Shown here piece after piece: positions 26,528 through 30,586 of a DNA stretch of 30,586 bases. Every line of letters begins with the position of its first letter. Within the stretch, counting starts at the first letter, position 1. The position numbers were made by a program, and so were the translations under genes. Source of the stretch: a virus (taxonomy: Duplodnaviria; Caudoviricetes); IMG/VR virus record IMGVR_UViG_3300042360_000498, positions 1 to 30,586 of that record; one strand, 5' to 3'. A model generated the notes under the pieces. The model was not told where the DNA came from and ran no database searches. It was given only the letters and a program-made list of their open reading frames with translations.

Positions 26528-28646
26528 TAATTAATTTAATTGATTCTAAAATTTTATTCTTATATTCTTCAGGGTGTCTATCAAAATAATAGTATCCTAA
26601 TTGTAATGAATATATTATAGGGTATTTTTCCTCATAATACAAGTTAATTATTGTAGAAATTGAATTATAATCACTTTTATTATATTGTAGATAAATATAT
26701 TCAAACAATCGTATTTTAAATTCGTGTGCATGTGTTAATTTGCTATATTGGATTATGATAGAATTGTTATTTTCTAATTCTAAATATTGTTTTTTTAGAG
26801 GAAGTTCTATATCATTAATAATTTTAAATAATACCAATATACTAGAGTTAATATTATCATTTAAAGCATTTGCAGCTTCTTGTGCAAATGCTTCATATGT
26901 TGGATATTTCTCAATTATTTTCTCAGCAAAAACATCAAAAACATTTTTAGAATTAGGATAATTTTTAGAAACATTTTTTGCATATGTATTATTAACAAAA
27001 ACTAAATTTTCAATTTCTAATTCCCTACAAAAACTTTTCAGATTATCAACACGAATATCTATATCTCCTGGAAAATATATTTTCTCAGCTCTCACTGGTA
27101 TATAGCAAAAATCAACAGTTTTTAATTCTTCTGGGATAAGTTCTAAATTATTCTGTAAAAAATTAGTATTTGAATAATTCCAAAACCATCTACCTTTTTC
27201 TGATTTATTTTTAGAAGGAATTGTAACTGGTTTTTCTAATTCAGAAACATATATGATAGAATCCCAAACGTGTGAAGTTACATCTAAAAAGTATTCAAGT
27301 GATTCTTTATTATAATTTTCTATTACGATATACTGATAAATTTGATTTTTATTAATATGCAATTTAAACTTTTGTTTCCATGAAGATTTTTTGTCAACAA
27401 TGAAAAGTGTTTTTTGATTTTTATATGATACTCTTAAAACTTTATCACTAGTCGGGAGTAAGTCCTCACCAAGAATTGTTTGAAGTGAAAAATTACTATC
27501 TTTATTAGTTATACTTATCGCTTTAATTTTTTCAACATCAATCTTTATAACTTCATCTAGAGTTTCTCCAAATATTTCCTTAACAGCTTTATATGCAGAT
27601 TCTGTGACTTCTGTCTGATAGTTATACGAAAAATACTTTTTAGAATCAGCAATAACAGAATACATTTTTCTAGTGCATAACTTAACACTATCTCTATTTT
27701 CTAAACAATAATTTTCAATTTCACATAACATCTTAGTTTTCAAGTGTTCTGCTTTGTCATTTAATAATTGTAAGATATATTCTTTATTAGAGTCAGAATT
27801 TGTTACTTGTTCCCTATTAGTAGAATATTCTATGGAACCATTATCAACTAAGAAAAATAATTTAGAATAAATATTAAATGGCGAATTTCTATCGATAATG
27901 TTATTAATGGGATATGCAATATTTGACTGTAGAATATAAGAACCAGAATAATTAGGCATACTAGAAATTTCGCAATATACTCCATCAATCAGTTTTTCAA
28001 ATCTATCTTCAACTTCCTTTATTTTAAAATCTGCTCCAATAAGTTTAGGAGTCGTTTCTATAAAACTGGTAAAAACTTCTTTAGCTTTATCTTGAAATTT
28101 ACTGATATCTTTTTCCATGACAGAAAACATTATCTTTAATCCATTTTCTTCAACAGTAGAAATTTCACTCACAAGCCTATAAGATATTTTTTCATTTTCG
28201 TTAAAGAAAATAGAATATGTATATTCAAATCCATCTTGATACGAAATCACCATAAACGAATCTGTGTAAGATAATGGAGTTTTAGAACCTAATCCAAACA
28301 TCCCATTTACATCATTAGAATTTTGCTTGTCACTATTAAAGAATTGTGTATAAACTTTTCTTACTTTTTCTTTAGATAATCCTGTTCCATAATCCCTTAC
28401 ATAGAAAATTGGATTAATTACCGTAGGGAGCTTAACTTCAAATTTTTTATGTTTGTTGTCCGCCATGATATGAGAATCCCAAGCATTTGTTGAGAGTTCT
28501 CTTATGATAGCTTTTACTGTATCGGAATATATTCCTCCACATAGAATAGAAAAAGCTGCTTTATTAGGAGTGATTGAAAATTCGCCCTCTTCAATAAATT
28601 CATTTTCTGTGTATATATTATTTTTCGTTTGTTGTATTGGTATCAT
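26499..28646 (-). CDS. rIIA: RIIA-like protein with N-terminal GHKL ATPase (start revised to 28646)
   Basis: IRELSTNAWDSH, VRDYGTGL, GMFGLGSK; SD AAGGA before ATG 28646. Confidence 0.9.
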   Translation of the reverse strand: MIPIQQTKNNIYTENEFIEEGEFSITPNKAAFSILCGGIYSDTVKAIIRELSTNAWDSHIMADNKHKKFEVKLPTVINPIFYVRDYGTGLSKEKVRKVYTQFFNSDKQNSNDVNGMFGLGSKTPLSYTDSFMVISYQDGFEYTYSIFFNENEKISYRLVSEISTVEENGLKIMFSVMEKDISKFQDKAKEVFTSFIETTPKLIGADFKIKEVEDRFEKLIDGVYCEISSMPNYSGSYILQSNIAYPINNIIDRNSPFNIYSKLFFLVDNGSIEYSTNREQVTNSDSNKEYILQLLNDKAEHLKTKMLCEIENYCLENRDSVKLCTRKMYSVIADSKKYFSYNYQTEVTESAYKAVKEIFGETLDEVIKIDVEKIKAISITNKDSNFSLQTILGEDLLPTSDKVLRVSYKNQKTLFIVDKKSSWKQKFKLHINKNQIYQYIVIENYNKESLEYFLDVTSHVWDSIIYVSELEKPVTIPSKNKSEKGRWFWNYSNTNFLQNNLELIPEELKTVDFCYIPVRAEKIYFPGDIDIRVDNLKSFCRELEIENLVFVNNTYAKNVSKNYPNSKNVFDVFAEKIIEKYPTYEAFAQEAANALNDNINSSILVLFKIINDIELPLKKQYLELENNNSIIIQYSKLTHAHEFKIRLFEYIYLQYNKSDYNSISTIINLYYEEKYPIIYSLQLGYYYFDRHPEEYKNKILESIKLIIEHGEKSNV

Positions 28647-28651
28647 GAAAG

Positions 28652-28784
28652 TATTCCTTAATAAAATTAAAATGTGGTGTTCAAACAATTTTTACAGCTT
28701 ATGCAAAATAGCAAATTGATTCTGCATTGTTTATACGTCCTGTTACACCACAAAACAACTTTAAGGAGTATCAATTTGCTTCAT
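28652..28784 (-). ncRNA. Putative structured cis-regulatory 5' leader of rIIA with a 7-codon uORF
   Basis: Four nested complementary pairs plus an 11-bp crossing pair (see findings). Confidence 0.6.
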
Positions 28785-28844
28785 AAAATAATATTACATA
28801 AAAGAATAATAAAAGCAATATATAAAACATTACAAATTTGTAAC

Positions 28845-28873
28845 TTGACATAAAATTTTGAAATGTGTATAAT
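28845..28873 (+). promoter_or_regulatory. Perfect-consensus sigma70 promoter
   Basis: TTGACA (28845-28850), 17 bp, TATAAT (28868-28873). Confidence 0.85.
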
Positions 28874-29150
28874 TTTTTTTAAAGTCTTTCTTAAAATTAT
28901 TTCTTTTAAACATTTTAAAATTAATTTTTATAAAATAACTCTTAAAATAATTATACTTAAAACTATTCTTAAAGTAAAGTGTTTTATAAGTTTATAAACA
29001 TTAAGTTACTTAAAATTATTCTTAAAGTTCATTATCAATAATTATTGATTACTTAATGTTAAACTAAACATAAAATAACCTTAAAGATAATTATACTGTT
29101 TGAAATAATGAATAGTTATGTTTAAAAATAGAATTACTAATAATATAAAA
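28874..29150. other. Extremely AT-rich non-coding tract with CTTAAA iterations; candidate replication origin
   Basis: Repeated CTTAAA units and two pairs of longer degenerate repeats; no ORF. Confidence 0.4.
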
Positions 29151-29164
29151 TATACAAGGAAAAA

Positions 29165-29314
29165 ATGAAAGTTTTAAAAGTTATTAAAGAAATTTTAAGT
29201 ATCATAGCCATTATAGGGACAATAACTGTTTCATATAGTTTCTGGCCGTTTTATCTATGCAAACATAATGAAACATCAAAATATTTTATGTGTGACATTA
29301 TAGTTATTGATTAA
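29165..29314 (+). CDS. 49-aa membrane peptide (MKVLKVIKEILSIIAIIGTITVSYSFWPFYL...), not in ORF track
   Basis: SD AAGGA; single hydrophobic segment. Confidence 0.55.
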   Translation: MKVLKVIKEILSIIAIIGTITVSYSFWPFYLCKHNETSKYFMCDIIVID

Positions 29315-29426
29315 AATCATAATATTGCATATTTTCCCAATCGGGTGTTTCTGAATTAAAAGCTAATTGGTTTTCATGTGAACACCCTGCTAGCAATAAT
29401 AAAGATATAAAAACAAAATATTTCAT
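29304..29426 (-). CDS. 40-aa lipoprotein (MKYFVFISLLLLAGCSHENQ...), not in ORF track
   Basis: Basic N-terminus, hydrophobic core, canonical lipobox LAGC; AATAAATA just upstream. Confidence 0.65.
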   Translation of the reverse strand: MKYFVFISLLLLAGCSHENQLAFNSETPDWENMQYYDFNQ

Positions 29427-29464
29427 AGTTTATTTATTCAAAATTATAGAAACTAAATAATTTT

Positions 29465-30061
29465 ATGACACTTCCTGGTTCTCTTTTAGATCGTTTTCTT
29501 GACCTCGCTGATAATGCTAGAATAGAAAGAAATACTCCTGCTTCTAGAAAATGGTTTATAGACCAAGCCAAAAAGTTTGCTAGTGGTTACACTTATGGAA
29601 AATTTGAAAGGGAAGCACAAGGTAAATTTAAACAGCGCATGGCGATTGGGAAGGTATATATGTTCCAATATGACCCGAAATTTAAAAAAGAATTACCATA
29701 TTATGACAAATTCCCTCTCATAATTGTTTTAGATATCACAAAAGAACATTTCTTAGGGTTGAATTTACATTATCTTCCTCCTAAAACTAGAGCAGTTGTC
29801 CTAGCAAAACTTTTAGAAATTACTTCTTCAAAAACTCTTGACGAAAGAACAAAGTTTAAATTAACTTATGGAATGGTAAAGAGTCTATCACAATTCAAAT
29901 TTCTTAAACCTTGCATTAAAAAATATTTGAAGACACATAGAAAAACTAAATTGATACAAATAGATGCAGACGAGTTAGAAGTTGTGATTGCGTTACCTCT
30001 ACAGAGCTTTCAAAAGAAATCTGATAAAGAAGTTTGGAATATTAGTAGGAGTTCAGTATAG
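29465..30061 (+). CDS. DNA end-protector protein, T4 gp2-like
   Basis: GKVYMFQYDPK.K..LPYYD.FPL, GLNLHYLPP..R, PCIKKYL. Confidence 0.92.
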   Translation: MTLPGSLLDRFLDLADNARIERNTPASRKWFIDQAKKFASGYTYGKFEREAQGKFKQRMAIGKVYMFQYDPKFKKELPYYDKFPLIIVLDITKEHFLGLNLHYLPPKTRAVVLAKLLEITSSKTLDERTKFKLTYGMVKSLSQFKFLKPCIKKYLKTHRKTKLIQIDADELEVVIALPLQSFQKKSDKEVWNISRSSV

Positions 30062-30586
30062 TGTTTATAACTAATGAAAAGAAAAGAGAAACTATATCCA
30101 AACAAGGGTTATCATCTACCTATAATTGGGAAGTTCATATCACAATTCCTAATATACTTAGAAACAAACTTATTGGAGTAGATTATTCTGAAAGGTTATT
30201 AATAGCTTGTGAAGAAAGTGATGTCCCGGGAACTTCTATATCAGTTGCAGAAAGAAATGAATATCAGAATCCTAAAAAAATACCCTTTGGGTTTTTTATG
30301 GAAGATGTTTCTATGACCTTTAGAGTTTCTGATGATTATGCAGAAAGAAAGTTTTTTGAATCTTGGAGGAATCTAATCATAAATCCAGAAACAAGAAATT
30401 TTGCATACTATGACGATATTGTTTCTGATGTCAATATAAGACACTATGACCATAAACTCAAAGCTGTTAGACACGACATAACTTTAAAAGAAGCATTCCC
30501 ATTTTCAATCCTACCTCTAGCAGCTGCACAAAGTGGAGAAACACCATACTATAGACAAACAATAGGGTGGAAATATAGAACTTGGG
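30061..30586 (+). CDS. Baseplate tail-tube initiator, gp54/gp19-fold (runs off the right edge; not in ORF track)
   Basis: GTG start with SD AGGAG; CEESDVPG, VSMTFRVSDDYAERKFFESW, YYDD, LKEAFP. Confidence 0.75.
   Translation, partial: MFITNEKKRETISKQGLSSTYNWEVHITIPNILRNKLIGVDYSERLLIACEESDVPGTSISVAERNEYQNPKKIPFGFFMEDVSMTFRVSDDYAERKFFESWRNLIINPETRNFAYYDDIVSDVNIRHYDHKLKAVRHDITLKEAFPFSILPLAAAQSGETPYYRQTIGWKYRTW

Noticed and set aside
28647-28688. TTG start of rIIA at 28688
   Set aside because: Lies inside the structured leader; ATG 28646 has a proper SD
5505-28719. Short antisense or nested ORFs in the track (e.g. 5949..6230, 8294..8677, 10078..10335, 21040..21342, 26196..26534, 28504..28719)
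   Set aside because: Shadows of well-supported genes; no RBS or motifs
28652-28784. tRNA, or hammerhead/twister/pistol/HDV ribozyme, or c-di-GMP riboswitch
   Set aside because: No cloverleaf or T-loop; could not find the conserved cores of these classes by eye
1-30586. Stop-codon recoding, introns or inteins in core genes
   Set aside because: Core genes are intact in code 11, all three stops end genes, and no homing endonuclease or intein motifs were seen

Overview
AT-rich segment of a T4-like (contractile-tailed) bacteriophage genome, standard genetic code. Core T4-superfamily genes are recognisable but scrambled: baseplate gp7-like (partial) and gp6 (-), large terminase, tail sheath, tail tube, gp5 spike, gp2 end-protector and a gp54-like tube initiator (+), and RNase H and rIIA/rIIB (-). 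Late genes carry TAAATA promoters, often positioned for leaderless translation. They alternate with minus-strand early cassettes driven by a repeated TTTACA-17bp-TAnnnT promoter with a covarying leader hairpin (PeSL-like). An 11-kb block enclosed by 90-bp inverted repeats with IHF-consensus sites holds a Prs-like + Nampt-like pair (NARP1-type NAD+ reconstitution), other nucleotide-handling enzymes and a gp5 with a C-terminal M15 peptidase. The most unusual unexplained elements are a structured rIIA 5' leader (SD-sequestering stem, possible pseudoknot, leaderless uORF), the IHF-type inverted repeats, and a perfect sigma70 promoter firing into an AT-rich repetitive ori-like tract. All assignments come from reading motifs by eye; no searches were run.
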